NCBI GenBank assembly: GCA_900547465.1
Contig: URHJ01000003.1
Span: forward strand, 980 to 64,979
Source: an uncultured Mycoplasmatota bacterium
Lineage (GTDB): Bacteria; Bacillota_I; Bacilli_A; RF39; UBA660
Length of the DNA: 64,000 nucleotides
Direction of reading: 5' to 3'
This document shows positions 50,020 through 59,820 of the stretch, piece by piece (position 1 is the first letter of the stretch; each line of letters begins with the position of its first letter). Both the position numbers and the translations under genes were made by a program. The notes below the pieces were generated by a model. The model was not told the origin of the DNA. It did no database searches and worked only from the letters and a program-made list of their open reading frames with translations.

Positions 50020-51198
50020 TTATATTCTTTTTACTTTTACTTTAGTAGAAGAAAGATTAATATCTCTATCTACTAGTTCAACAACTTTATTAGTATTTGT
50101 ACCTATTTTTTCTAAATAGTTTTTATCAAAGTAATCTGTTCTTAAACTTAAGAACTTAGACATCTCATCTTGATACTTACCTTCATCTTCCTTTTCTAAT
50201 CTAGAAAAATATGTTCCAAGTATTTTTCCATATCCATAAGCTAGAAATTCAAATACATCTAATTCATTAGGATCTGGAAAATCATTATTATCTACTAAAA
50301 TATCATAGTCTTTAGAAATTGCTTTAATAAGTTCTTCTTTTGTTAATTTTTGATATCTATTATATTTTAACAATTTATTTGGAATTGTATGGTAAATACT
50401 AGATTTAGTCACTTCTAAAAACATTTCATCATAAAAGTCTTGTAGGCAGTATGAAGCATAGTTTTTATATATATTATTGTCTATTAAAAAATCTATAAAT
50501 TTCTTTTCTGACAAACTAGATAACACTTCTATAAATGGTGACTTTAAATTATAATAAGCTCTTTTTTTGAAATCTTTTATTTCGTTATAATCTACTACAT
50601 GCCCCATTTCATGTGCAAGAGTAATCATAGTTTTTATTGAATCATAATCTACTGCTTCATTTATAAAAATCCTACTATCGTTAGATGATAAATTAAAAAG
50701 TGTAAAACCTCTATATAAATCATTAGGTAAGTAAATAGATGATACTCTTTTATTATTAATTAAAGATTCAAACTTATTTAGCATTTCTTTTTGATTTGTA
50801 TTTTTAAAGTAATAATTTAATATCTCATACATTTCATTTTCTTCTATGTTAGGTATATTTGATATAGTGTTATTCGAAAAAACTATTTCAGTATTATCAT
50901 CAAAAATATTATCAAATAAGTCTAAATAATAATCTTTATTATTGATAAAGTCATTATTAATTTTATTTTTTATAGTTTTATTTTTTTCTGCTAGAGGTCT
51001 AATGAAACTTTTATTACTGAAAAGTTCTTTAAGATACTTCGTACTATCATATCCCATAATTGTATAAAAATATGAAAGTGTTTCTAAATAAGATAATATA
51101 GATCTTCTTTCTGTATGATTATGTGCATGATAAATTTCTTTGGTTAAAGCATCTAATTCTTTTTCTATACCAGATGAATCCTCTTTAAATATTTTCAT
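50020..51198 (-). CDS. Short M3B-like HExxH metallopeptidase homologue, paralogue 2 (392 aa)
   Basis: TLAHEMGHVVD followed by IEVLSS (Glu ligand position). This parallels PepF in this window (TLAHELGHSMH...AEVAST). No signal peptide. Confidence 0.6.
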   Translation of the reverse strand: MKIFKEDSSGIEKELDALTKEIYHAHNHTERRSILSYLETLSYFYTIMGYDSTKYLKELFSNKSFIRPLAEKNKTIKNKINNDFINNKDYYLDLFDNIFDDNTEIVFSNNTISNIPNIEENEMYEILNYYFKNTNQKEMLNKFESLINNKRVSSIYLPNDLYRGFTLFNLSSNDSRIFINEAVDYDSIKTMITLAHEMGHVVDYNEIKDFKKRAYYNLKSPFIEVLSSLSEKKFIDFLIDNNIYKNYASYCLQDFYDEMFLEVTKSSIYHTIPNKLLKYNRYQKLTKEELIKAISKDYDILVDNNDFPDPNELDVFEFLAYGYGKILGTYFSRLEKEDEGKYQDEMSKFLSLRTDYFDKNYLEKIGTNTNKVVELVDRDINLSSTKVKVKRI

Positions 51199-51207
51199 GT
51201 CATTACC

Positions 51208-52383
51208 TCAATACTTTCTTTTTAAAACTTTTAGGGATTGTTTTTCTAATTCTTTATTTACACCTATTATAACATCTTCTTCTTTTATACCAAGTTCAGA
51301 AAAGATTGTTGGTTTAAAGTAATCAGACTTATTAATATTAAATTTTTGATAAACATCAATAAATTTTTCTTTATCTGTTTCTTCTAAATATGAAAAATAT
51401 AGGGCCATTAATCTTCCATATCCATAGTTAACGTTATTAAAAATATCATAGTTTTCAACTTTTTCGTCAAAGTCATCATTATCTTTGTCAATTAGAATGT
51501 TATAGAATGTTTCTTTATCTGCTCTTTTATAATTTTCATGTTTTAAGATATCCTCGTCAAGACTGGATAGAATTCTTAACAAACCTAGTTGATTTAGAAT
51601 GAAATAATCATAGTCAACCAGCGAAATGGTACTTCTTTTTTGATATAATTTTGAATCTAGGAGAAAAGATAAGAATTTAACTTCATAAAAACTTGAAATA
51701 ACTTCTGACATAGAGGACTTAAAATTATAATAAATTGCATTTTTACTAGATTGAAAATTTAATAATTCTTCTTGATCTTTTATATGACCTAGTTCATGAA
51801 CTAGATTTATCATTTGTTCAAAATTATTATAACAACCGTTGATAAAAATATAGTTTTCTCTGTTGATTGTTGATTGGATATTCATACCTGCATATTTAGA
51901 ATCTTTAAAATTTAATTTATAAACCTGATTTTTTTCAATAAGACTATAAAATCTATCAAGTAACTCTTCATCACTATTTTTAGTTAAAAATTCAGCTATT
52001 AGATTATACATCTTGTCTTCTTCTAATGTTACTTCATCTTCATCTATTAATACTGCATCATCTAATACTTCGTAATCTATATTTTCAAACAAATTTGAAA
52101 TAAAGTCATAATGAAAACTCTTATATTTAATAAATTCATCTATAAATCTTTCATTTAGTTTATCTGTTTTTACAATCTGTTCTACGACTAGATTCCTGCA
52201 GGTTTTAAGTCTTTTCCAATAACTAGACTTCTTTTTTGTCATACTTTCTTCTGTTGATATTAAAACTTCAATGTTCGCAATCAAATCTAATGTTTCAACT
52301 TTGTTTTTCTTTTTATAAATATAATCTAAATATGTTTCTATTTGTTTTCTTAAACTACCAATATCCCCTGAGTAAATTTTCAT
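51208..52383 (-). CDS. Short M3B-like HExxH metallopeptidase homologue, paralogue 1 (391 aa)
   Basis: NLVHELGHIKD followed by SEVISS. Collinear with paralogue 2 (IFIN, YYNxKS, KFxxFLxD, YGYGxxxxxYFS, DYF). The ATG at 52383 has an AGAGG SD and lies 2 nt after the queH stop. Confidence 0.6.
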   Translation of the reverse strand: MKIYSGDIGSLRKQIETYLDYIYKKKNKVETLDLIANIEVLISTEESMTKKKSSYWKRLKTCRNLVVEQIVKTDKLNERFIDEFIKYKSFHYDFISNLFENIDYEVLDDAVLIDEDEVTLEEDKMYNLIAEFLTKNSDEELLDRFYSLIEKNQVYKLNFKDSKYAGMNIQSTINRENYIFINGCYNNFEQMINLVHELGHIKDQEELLNFQSSKNAIYYNFKSSMSEVISSFYEVKFLSFLLDSKLYQKRSTISLVDYDYFILNQLGLLRILSSLDEDILKHENYKRADKETFYNILIDKDNDDFDEKVENYDIFNNVNYGYGRLMALYFSYLEETDKEKFIDVYQKFNINKSDYFKPTIFSELGIKEEDVIIGVNKELEKQSLKVLKRKY

Positions 52384-52385
52384 AG

Positions 52386-52982
52386 TTAACCTCTTTTTGA
52401 ATAAATACAACCACAATAATTTTGTCTGTATAAATCATATATGTTAGATAATTCTATACTTCTTTTGTAGCCATTCTTTTTTTTGAAATCAGAGTATAAA
52501 TATTTTGTGTTATATTTTTTATCTAGATTTTCTCCTATTTCATTTATCCAATTACTGTTTTTATGTGGACTTAGTGATAATGTTGTTGTGAAGTAATCAA
52601 AATCTAGTTCTTTGGCAACTTTAGCAGTTTCATCAAGTCTTAGCTCATAACATTTATAACAGCGCTTACCTCTTTCTGGTTCATTTTCTAAGCCTTTTGC
52701 CATATTAAAGTATTCATTTGGATCATATCTACCATCAAGTATTTTAATTTTGTTTTTTGTTTTAAATTTACTAATAAACATGTGAATTTCATCTAATCTT
52801 TTTTGATACTCTTTTTGATCTGTAATATTAGGATTATAGTAAAAAATAGTGATTTCAAAAATATCTCCTAGTCTTTCTAAAACAGCAGAAGAACATGGAG
52901 CACAACAAGCATGTAATAATAGCGTTGGATTCTTTTTTTCTATTTTTTTAATTTCTTCTTCCATCAAAATATCGTAATTCAT
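52386..52982 (-). CDS. queH: Epoxyqueuosine reductase QueH (DUF208)
   Basis: LLLHACCAPCSS, CYKCYELRL, YCGC cysteine motifs. 198 aa. Confidence 0.85.
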   Translation of the reverse strand: MNYDILMEEEIKKIEKKNPTLLLHACCAPCSSAVLERLGDIFEITIFYYNPNITDQKEYQKRLDEIHMFISKFKTKNKIKILDGRYDPNEYFNMAKGLENEPERGKRCYKCYELRLDETAKVAKELDFDYFTTTLSLSPHKNSNWINEIGENLDKKYNTKYLYSDFKKKNGYKRSIELSNIYDLYRQNYCGCIYSKRG

Positions 52983-53054
52983 ATAAACACCCTCAAATTA
53001 GTTATAATTTAACACAATTTAGCATTTTTCTCAAGATTTAACATAGTATTTATC

Positions 53055-53789
53055 ATGAATAGATTATATTTTTCATTTTTAATAACTGGAATTGCAGGTT
53101 TATCTACCCTACTTGGTATAATACCTGTATTTATAAAGACAAAAAACAAGGATAATATTATTAATGCTTCTTTAGCTTTTGCGAGTGGTGTTATGCTTTC
53201 TGTTTCTTTATTTTCTCTTTTTCCGGAAAGTATTAATTTGTTACAAAGTAAGTACAATAATAAAGGTATTGTCGTAGTGGTGCTTTTATTTATAATAATT
53301 GGTGTTTTTCTTGCTAGTTTGATTGATAAAGTATTTAAAAAAATAGATAACAAGTTATATAAACTTGGGGTTATTAATGCCCTAGCTTTAATGATTCATA
53401 ATATTCCTGAAGGGATACTAACTTTTAGTACTACAACGACTAATTTATCTTTAGGTATTACTCTAGCTTTATCAATAATGTTTCATAATATTCCTGAAGG
53501 AATAAGTATTTCGGTTCCGATTTATTATTCAACTGGAAGTAAGAAAAAAGCCTTTTTATATACATTTATCTCTGGCTTTTCTGAAATATTAGGTGCGGTT
53601 ATAACTTATTTATTTTTGTATAAATATATATCTAATTCTTTTATTGGAATTATTTTATCATTAACAGTAGGTATAATGAGTTATATATCATTGAATGAAT
53701 TATTACCTGGCGCTATTAAATACAATAATAAAAAGCTAACTGGTGTAGCTTTTGTGATTGGTTTTATATTTATGTTGTTTTTTAAATAA
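53055..53789 (+). CDS. zupT: ZIP-family zinc transporter
   Basis: Duplicated HNIPEGI motifs, about 8 TM segments, 244 aa. Confidence 0.85.
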   Translation: MNRLYFSFLITGIAGLSTLLGIIPVFIKTKNKDNIINASLAFASGVMLSVSLFSLFPESINLLQSKYNNKGIVVVVLLFIIIGVFLASLIDKVFKKIDNKLYKLGVINALALMIHNIPEGILTFSTTTTNLSLGITLALSIMFHNIPEGISISVPIYYSTGSKKKAFLYTFISGFSEILGAVITYLFLYKYISNSFIGIILSLTVGIMSYISLNELLPGAIKYNNKKLTGVAFVIGFIFMLFFK

Positions 53790-54351
53790 GAAAAAGACTT
53801 ATGATAGCTAAGAGTAAACATAATAATCTGAAACATAAATATAGATTTGTTTGTCTTACTTTCTTATTATTACATTTACTTAAGATATAATTTAAATCTT
53901 CATCTGTTATATCTTTTTTTAGTGCTATGACATTTTCATTATTATTTAAATTAAATATATATAATTTTTTTGATTTTAGAACTAAATTTATTTGATTATA
54001 ATTATAAGTAATGTTTGAGGATTTTTTCATATTATTACTATAGGTTATTTTTTCACTATCAAATACATATTGATAACAAGGAATATTTCCTCCATTTATT
54101 TCTAAAATACTATGGTATTGAAGAAACATTTTAATTATTGGTAATACTAAAATTAATATAATAATTAAAATGCTATAGGTTATTGATAAAAAATAATTTT
54201 TATTATAAATATCCATGTATAGAAATAATATCATTATTGTTAAGAGTGCATTTGATAACTTACTAGAATTAATATAACTGGTAAAAAACTCTTTATAAAT
54301 TTCTTTATTAAGTTCTACTTTTGTAACTATTTTTCTTTTCATTTTCTTCAC
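53782..54351 (-). CDS. YcxB-like membrane protein
   Basis: Two central TM helices, then a beta-rich module (ITYSNN...INLVLKSKKLYIFNLNNNENVIALKKDITDEDL) resembling the YcxB pattern. C-terminal TM. Confidence 0.5.
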   Translation of the reverse strand: MKKMKRKIVTKVELNKEIYKEFFTSYINSSKLSNALLTIMILFLYMDIYNKNYFLSITYSILIIILILVLPIIKMFLQYHSILEINGGNIPCYQYVFDSEKITYSNNMKKSSNITYNYNQINLVLKSKKLYIFNLNNNENVIALKKDITDEDLNYILSKCNNKKVRQTNLYLCFRLLCLLLAIISLFLI

Positions 54352-55368
54352 CTAATTATGAATTGCTTTTATCATTGAATCAATAATTGTATTGATGTAG
54401 GTAATGACTTTAGGGTCTACACCTTTCATATTATTTACAATGTTTTTGATGTCATTGAATGTTAATTTAAATTCTTTAGAATATGATTTACCTACACTTT
54501 TGAATAGTGTTTCAAAGGTTAATTTTACTTGTTCTTGATCTAGATCTTCAATTCCTTTTGTAGTACTTTCATGAAGTTGTTTGCTTATGTTTGATAATTT
54601 ACTTTCGATAAAATATTCTCCATAAGTATTCCAAGTTGTTGGATAATGTTCTTTAAAGGCATGTTCACTGCTTTTTACAACTGAATAATTTTTATTATTT
54701 AGAAGTATTCCTACTATGGAATCTGTAGGGACAATATTTATTAATTTTTGTTGCATATTTTTATATTTTTCTGTCATAAATTCATTTAATCTAAAACCTG
54801 GTCCATCAAAGTTATATATTGCTTTTACCTTTTCTTGATTTTCAATTTCCATGGCGCTAACCATAGCTAAATTTCCTCCTTTGGAGTGTCCCACTACTAC
54901 TATATCAGATGATGATGAAGCAACTTGTGATAAGTAATTTATAGCTAAGCTATGAGTATATGTTGGGTATTCATAGGCTAGTCTAAAGTTTTCTATCCAA
55001 CCAATGAAGGAACCGTCTGTTCCTTGAAAACTAACAATTGTTTTTCCATCTATTTTAAATGTGCATGCGCCAAACTGGGTTTTTTCATTTTTTATTTTTA
55101 GAAAATCAGATACTATTAAGTCTTTATATCTTTTTGAATCTTTTATGATATTTAGAACTTCTAGAGCTTTAGGAATCATTAGTGATTTTTCATTCTCACT
55201 ATAATTACTTAGTCTTTGATATAATTTAGGAATTGATATATTATCGTTAAAAGACTTACTTGGTAGATATATTAAGATGGCACAAACTAAGTTATCCATT
55301 GTATTCCAATGAACATCTTTTAATGAAATATTTTTATAGTACTTTAAATAATCAATAATTGTATACAT
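54352..55368 (-). CDS. Mbeg1-like (DUF2974) alpha/beta-hydrolase / lipase
   Basis: FQGTDGSFIGWIENF and the nucleophile elbow VVVGHSKGGNLA. 338 aa. Confidence 0.7.
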   Translation of the reverse strand: MYTIIDYLKYYKNISLKDVHWNTMDNLVCAILIYLPSKSFNDNISIPKLYQRLSNYSENEKSLMIPKALEVLNIIKDSKRYKDLIVSDFLKIKNEKTQFGACTFKIDGKTIVSFQGTDGSFIGWIENFRLAYEYPTYTHSLAINYLSQVASSSSDIVVVGHSKGGNLAMVSAMEIENQEKVKAIYNFDGPGFRLNEFMTEKYKNMQQKLINIVPTDSIVGILLNNKNYSVVKSSEHAFKEHYPTTWNTYGEYFIESKLSNISKQLHESTTKGIEDLDQEQVKLTFETLFKSVGKSYSKEFKLTFNDIKNIVNNMKGVDPKVITYINTIIDSMIKAIHN

Positions 55369-55377
55369 AACTTCCTC

Positions 55378-56016
55378 CTATTTAAATTTAACATAATTAA
55401 ATCCTATATTTTTATAGACATCATAGGCTCTTGGTAGATGAAATATTCTTGCGAATAAGAGATTATAAAATTCATCTATCATTATTATAGAGCATAATAT
55501 AATACTTATGGCTAAGAATATTTTTTTATTCATTTTCTGTGCTAGGTAAAAACACAATGGAATTACTACATATATTAGAAGAAGTCCCGAGATAGCAAAG
55601 AATGTAACGCTTCTTAGGCAAACAAAACCGTTAATGTTTCCTAAATTTAGAATTTCATTATTATAGTCCCAACATCTTTTACCGTGTCCTATTATATACA
55701 TTCCAAGTCCAGAAATATATTCGAGTATTCCAGTAGAAAAAAAGCTTATTAAAAATACTTTGAGAGGTTTTTTGCGAAATCTGTAAGTAAGTAGATAAAT
55801 CATTATAGAACCTGTTGCATAAACGTTTATCCAGGGTAAGAAATTACCCCCTCTCCAATAGAATTTCTGCATTCCTCCATTAAAATAGTAAAAAATAAAT
55901 TCATATAAAAATCCAAATATTCCAGTTATAACTATTAATAGACAAAATATTCCAATCCATGATAATTTATCGAATTTATAATCTTCATTTAGATATTTAT
56001 TATACCATTTTTTCAT
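55378..56016 (-). CDS. Polytopic membrane protein (possibly CmpB/putative ABC-transporter type IV family)
   Basis: 212 aa, 5-6 TM segments. The family assignment is from general resemblance only. Confidence 0.4.
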   Translation of the reverse strand: MKKWYNKYLNEDYKFDKLSWIGIFCLLIVITGIFGFLYEFIFYYFNGGMQKFYWRGGNFLPWINVYATGSIMIYLLTYRFRKKPLKVFLISFFSTGILEYISGLGMYIIGHGKRCWDYNNEILNLGNINGFVCLRSVTFFAISGLLLIYVVIPLCFYLAQKMNKKIFLAISIILCSIIMIDEFYNLLFARIFHLPRAYDVYKNIGFNYVKFK

Positions 56017-56087
56017 ACTTCAACGTCCTTACTGCTCTTTTATATACTATATTATACACTATAAGTATAAAATATTGAAAGCTATAT

Positions 56088-57251
56088 TTAACGATTTTTA
56101 GTTTGATTATACTTTGTTACTAATTCTTGGAAGCCTGTCTTTACCCTATCATCGTATTTCATTGGAATAACCACTTCTTCATAATAATCATTTAATTGTT
56201 TAGTAGTAACATAACCATTAGAGAGTTTTTGATCAAGTTTTTCTAAATCTTTTGTAAATTTTTCATAATCATCATCAGTATATTCTTCTAGACCTTTTTG
56301 AATTTTATATAATCCCTTATTTATACACTTAAATGGGATATCTTGTTCTTTCAAATACAAGTATTTATCAATTAAAACATCACAGCCGTTGCTTAATATA
56401 ACTGCTCCCTTATATTTTGTTGTATCTCTATACAAAACGATTTCATTGCAAAGTATATTATTATAATCATATAATTTTTTATTAATTTCTAAATCTCTTT
56501 TTACATTCAATTCTTCTATCATTTGAGGTGTTTCTATAGTTGTGACAACTCTCCAAAATTCATCTCCAGAACCGGTGTCAATATAACATTTCTTGCCATC
56601 TTTTTCTATCTCTTTTACAGTATGGATTGATGGCTCTGAGGAATCTCCGGTAAAACAATCTTTTGGTGATGAAGCCAAATAATTATCATTGTTAACATCA
56701 ACGACAAATATCAAACAACTATCGCGATAAGCATTTAATTCTAAATTAGAAAATAGACTACATGATAGATATTTGGTACGGTGTTCTGAGTAATTATCAT
56801 CACCTTTTAAGCCTGGTAAAAATGACGAAGAATGACCGACTATCATAAATCTTTCTCCATTTACAATATCGTCAAAATTGGTTAAACTATTTTCCCAAAC
56901 TTTTGATGTATACTCTCTTAAAGATTCTTCATATTTAAATATTTCTGACAAATCCTTGGAAAACTCAACGCCTAATTCGGAAGCATCTTCTGCATACTTA
57001 CCGTTTTTAAAGCAATACTCAACATTAGGGGCTGAAAGTAAATCATTAGTAATTTGATTCTGCACTTCTTCTAAATTTGAATACTTAATTCTAAAATCTA
57101 ATAGTTTATCATAAAAATGCAAATATATAGCTTTATTAGAACTGTTTTTTGTTAAGTAGTCAAGATCAAAGTCTAACTGTTTTATATATTCTTTGACTGT
57201 TGTTGAGACACCATTAAGATCTTCTGATTTTGAGTAATTAAAATATCGCAT
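56088..57251 (-). CDS. Hypothetical cytoplasmic protein (387 aa)
   Basis: Start set at MRYFNYSK (ATG at 57251), 13 nt after the ABC gene stop. I recognise no motif. Confidence 0.55.
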   Translation of the reverse strand: MRYFNYSKSEDLNGVSTTVKEYIKQLDFDLDYLTKNSSNKAIYLHFYDKLLDFRIKYSNLEEVQNQITNDLLSAPNVEYCFKNGKYAEDASELGVEFSKDLSEIFKYEESLREYTSKVWENSLTNFDDIVNGERFMIVGHSSSFLPGLKGDDNYSEHRTKYLSCSLFSNLELNAYRDSCLIFVVDVNNDNYLASSPKDCFTGDSSEPSIHTVKEIEKDGKKCYIDTGSGDEFWRVVTTIETPQMIEELNVKRDLEINKKLYDYNNILCNEIVLYRDTTKYKGAVILSNGCDVLIDKYLYLKEQDIPFKCINKGLYKIQKGLEEYTDDDYEKFTKDLEKLDQKLSNGYVTTKQLNDYYEEVVIPMKYDDRVKTGFQELVTKYNQTKNR

Positions 57252-57264
57252 AAAATACCTTCTC

Positions 57265-58857
57265 TCATTTTTTATACAACATAGTATGATTTTTAAATAT
57301 ATATTCTTTGTTACAGATACTACTAATTTTACTTCTATGGGAAACAATTATATAAGATTTATTGTGTAAATACTTGTTTAACATATTAATTATCTTTTCT
57401 TCTGATTCAGAATCTAAATTAGACGTAGGTTCATCAAAAAAGTAAAAATCTTTATCCAGTAGGATGCCTCTAATAATATTTAATCTTTGTTGTTGCCCAG
57501 CTGATAATTTGATTCCTTTTTGTCCAACCTTTGTATCTAATCCTTCTTCTAAATTATCAAACCATTCTTTTAGACCTGCTTCTTCTAATAGTCTTAGAAT
57601 TTTTTCTTCTGATATTCTTTTACCTAAAGTTAAATTTTCTCTGATTGATAAATCAAATAACACAACATCTTGGGAAATGTATATAACATCTAATTTTCTA
57701 TTACTGATTTTTTTATTATCAACTAATATTGTTCCGCTATCGATATTATAAAAATCGCTTAATATATTTAATACTGTAGTTTTTCCCTGGCCTGATTCCC
57801 CAGAAATACATATTTTATCTTTGTAATTCATTTCAAATTGAGGAATACTTATTTCAAAATTTCTACCTGGATATTTAAAAATACCATCTTTTATCTCTAT
57901 TTTATTCCATTTACTAAGGAACTCTTTTTTCTCTTTTTTGCCTATGATTTCCTCTATTTTTTTCTTGTTTATTTTATATTCAAATATACTATTAATATTT
58001 AATGATGTTGATTCTAATTTGCTTATTATGGTTCCTAGTATTGTAAAGAAGAAGACTATATATGAGATAACTTCTTTTCCTTCACTTTGCATACCTATAG
58101 CTGAGATAATAACTATTATATATAATAAATTTGTTAATAATGTAAAAATTGTTTTTTCATTTGCCTTCTTATCGTCATCTATTTGCATTTTTCTAATAAA
58201 GTTATCAAGTTTTTCTTCTAGTTTTTTGGATGTAAATTTGTCAACTCGTAGTCTGATAACTGTAAAAATATTTTGAATAAAGTCATCATACATAGAGTCA
58301 TACTCACCTGCACTCATATACATTTCTTCAGTATATTTAACTCGTTTCTTTTGCATTGTATATCTAACGATAAAAGCAAGAATAAAGATAAATATGGAAA
58401 TTAAAGCCATAATAGGTGATTTACTAAAGGCCATAACCAAGTATGAAATAACACCAATTAATAGTGGTAGAAATGAAGTTAAAAACATTTCTAACACACT
58501 AAGTAGAGTTGCTGCTGTCATAGATATTGTTCTTTGTATATATGCGGTATGATAATCTGTAATATTTTTGGGATCAAGTTGTAAAAGTTTTAGATAATAA
58601 TAATTTCTTATTTTATATTGTGTAGACCAAACAAAATTTTCATAGTAATGATTGTATAACCAATTAGATATTAATGAAATCATATATAACATTATTAAAC
58701 TTATTAATAGTATATATAATTTATTTGAAGTTACAGGACTAACTAGTAGTGATGAAACACAAAAAGATATAGCATATATACTTAAATTGTAAATTATACT
58801 AAAGAATAAAACTAATATCATTTTTTTCTTATCAATTATTTTTAAATATTCCTTCAT
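57265..58857 (-). CDS. Fused ABC exporter (TMD-NBD half transporter)
   Basis: Six N-terminal TM segments. Walker A GESGQGKTT, signature LSAGQQQR, Walker B FYFFDEPTSNLD. Confidence 0.9.
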   Translation of the reverse strand: MKEYLKIIDKKKMILVLFFSIIYNLSIYAISFCVSSLLVSPVTSNKLYILLISLIMLYMISLISNWLYNHYYENFVWSTQYKIRNYYYLKLLQLDPKNITDYHTAYIQRTISMTAATLLSVLEMFLTSFLPLLIGVISYLVMAFSKSPIMALISIFIFILAFIVRYTMQKKRVKYTEEMYMSAGEYDSMYDDFIQNIFTVIRLRVDKFTSKKLEEKLDNFIRKMQIDDDKKANEKTIFTLLTNLLYIIVIISAIGMQSEGKEVISYIVFFFTILGTIISKLESTSLNINSIFEYKINKKKIEEIIGKKEKKEFLSKWNKIEIKDGIFKYPGRNFEISIPQFEMNYKDKICISGESGQGKTTVLNILSDFYNIDSGTILVDNKKISNRKLDVIYISQDVVLFDLSIRENLTLGKRISEEKILRLLEEAGLKEWFDNLEEGLDTKVGQKGIKLSAGQQQRLNIIRGILLDKDFYFFDEPTSNLDSESEEKIINMLNKYLHNKSYIIVSHRSKISSICNKEYIFKNHTMLYKK

Positions 58858-58867
58858 AAAAAGCTCC

Positions 58868-59782
58868 TTATTTATTATAGTTTAACAATGATAATTTTAA
58901 TTTGTCATAAGCCTTCGTTTCAAGTTTTGATTTTTTCTTTAATTTTTCAAACTCACTATTTAAAAGTAGAAATTCCTCTCTTGCACTCATAGCGTGATCT
59001 GATATACACATTTTTCCTATAAAGCAAGAAAACATAATTCTATAGATAAGGGCACATTTTTCTTTTTTATTAACACAATTTTCATACTCGCCTTTAGGAA
59101 GTATTTCATAACCTAATTTTTTTAACACATCATAGCCTTCAATAATAGCGTCCATAATTAGTAGTGAGTACTCTTTATCTTTTTTTAGACGTTTTAAATC
59201 TCCATCTACTTTGTAGCTTGCGAAAACTAGTGGCAATACTGCGCAACCATGTGTTTTTAGATAATCATTCATTTTATTTTCGATGATTGCTTTTACTTTT
59301 GTTTCTTTAAATATTGATTTTATAAATTCATCATCTGTATTCTTACCATCAATTCTACCTATGGTAATCTTATTTAAGCAAACTGAGTTTATGTAACCAT
59401 CATATTTTTTTCCTGCTGCCATGAAGAATGCAAATAAAACATTTTTATCTTTAATTTTTGCGTATTTTTCAGCATTTAAATTATTACCAACTAGAACTAC
59501 ATTTTTACTTTTGTTATTTTCTATTATAGGAATAATGGTATCTAGTTGAGAACATCTAGAAACAATAAAGATTACATCATAAATATCATCATCTTCTAAT
59601 TTGCTTATTGCTTTAAAGTGATCTGTAGTTTTTCTTCCAAGTTTATGTTTTATTACTAAACCATATTTTTTTAGATTTTCGTATGTTTTATTTCTAGCTA
59701 ATAAAACAACATCATTACCTTTTTTTATTGAATGTGTTAGGTTAGATCCAAGGACTCCTGCACCTATTACTAAAATCCTCAT
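58868..59782 (-). CDS. Ketopantoate reductase (PanE/ApbA) family NAD(P)-dependent oxidoreductase
   Basis: Rossmann N-terminus MRILVIGAGVLGSNL...VVLLAR. 304 aa with the family-typical two-domain length. Confidence 0.6.
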   Translation of the reverse strand: MRILVIGAGVLGSNLTHSIKKGNDVVLLARNKTYENLKKYGLVIKHKLGRKTTDHFKAISKLEDDDIYDVIFIVSRCSQLDTIIPIIENNKSKNVVLVGNNLNAEKYAKIKDKNVLFAFFMAAGKKYDGYINSVCLNKITIGRIDGKNTDDEFIKSIFKETKVKAIIENKMNDYLKTHGCAVLPLVFASYKVDGDLKRLKKDKEYSLLIMDAIIEGYDVLKKLGYEILPKGEYENCVNKKEKCALIYRIMFSCFIGKMCISDHAMSAREEFLLLNSEFEKLKKKSKLETKAYDKLKLSLLNYNK

Positions 59783-59820
59783 TTTACATCTCCTTTGACA
59801 ATTTTATCTTTATTAGTAAA

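Noticed and set aside
53009-53353. 114-aa minus-strand ORF overlapping the zupT start
   Set aside because: It is antisense to the ZIP transporter, which has clear HNIPEGI motifs. No SD and a low-complexity translation.
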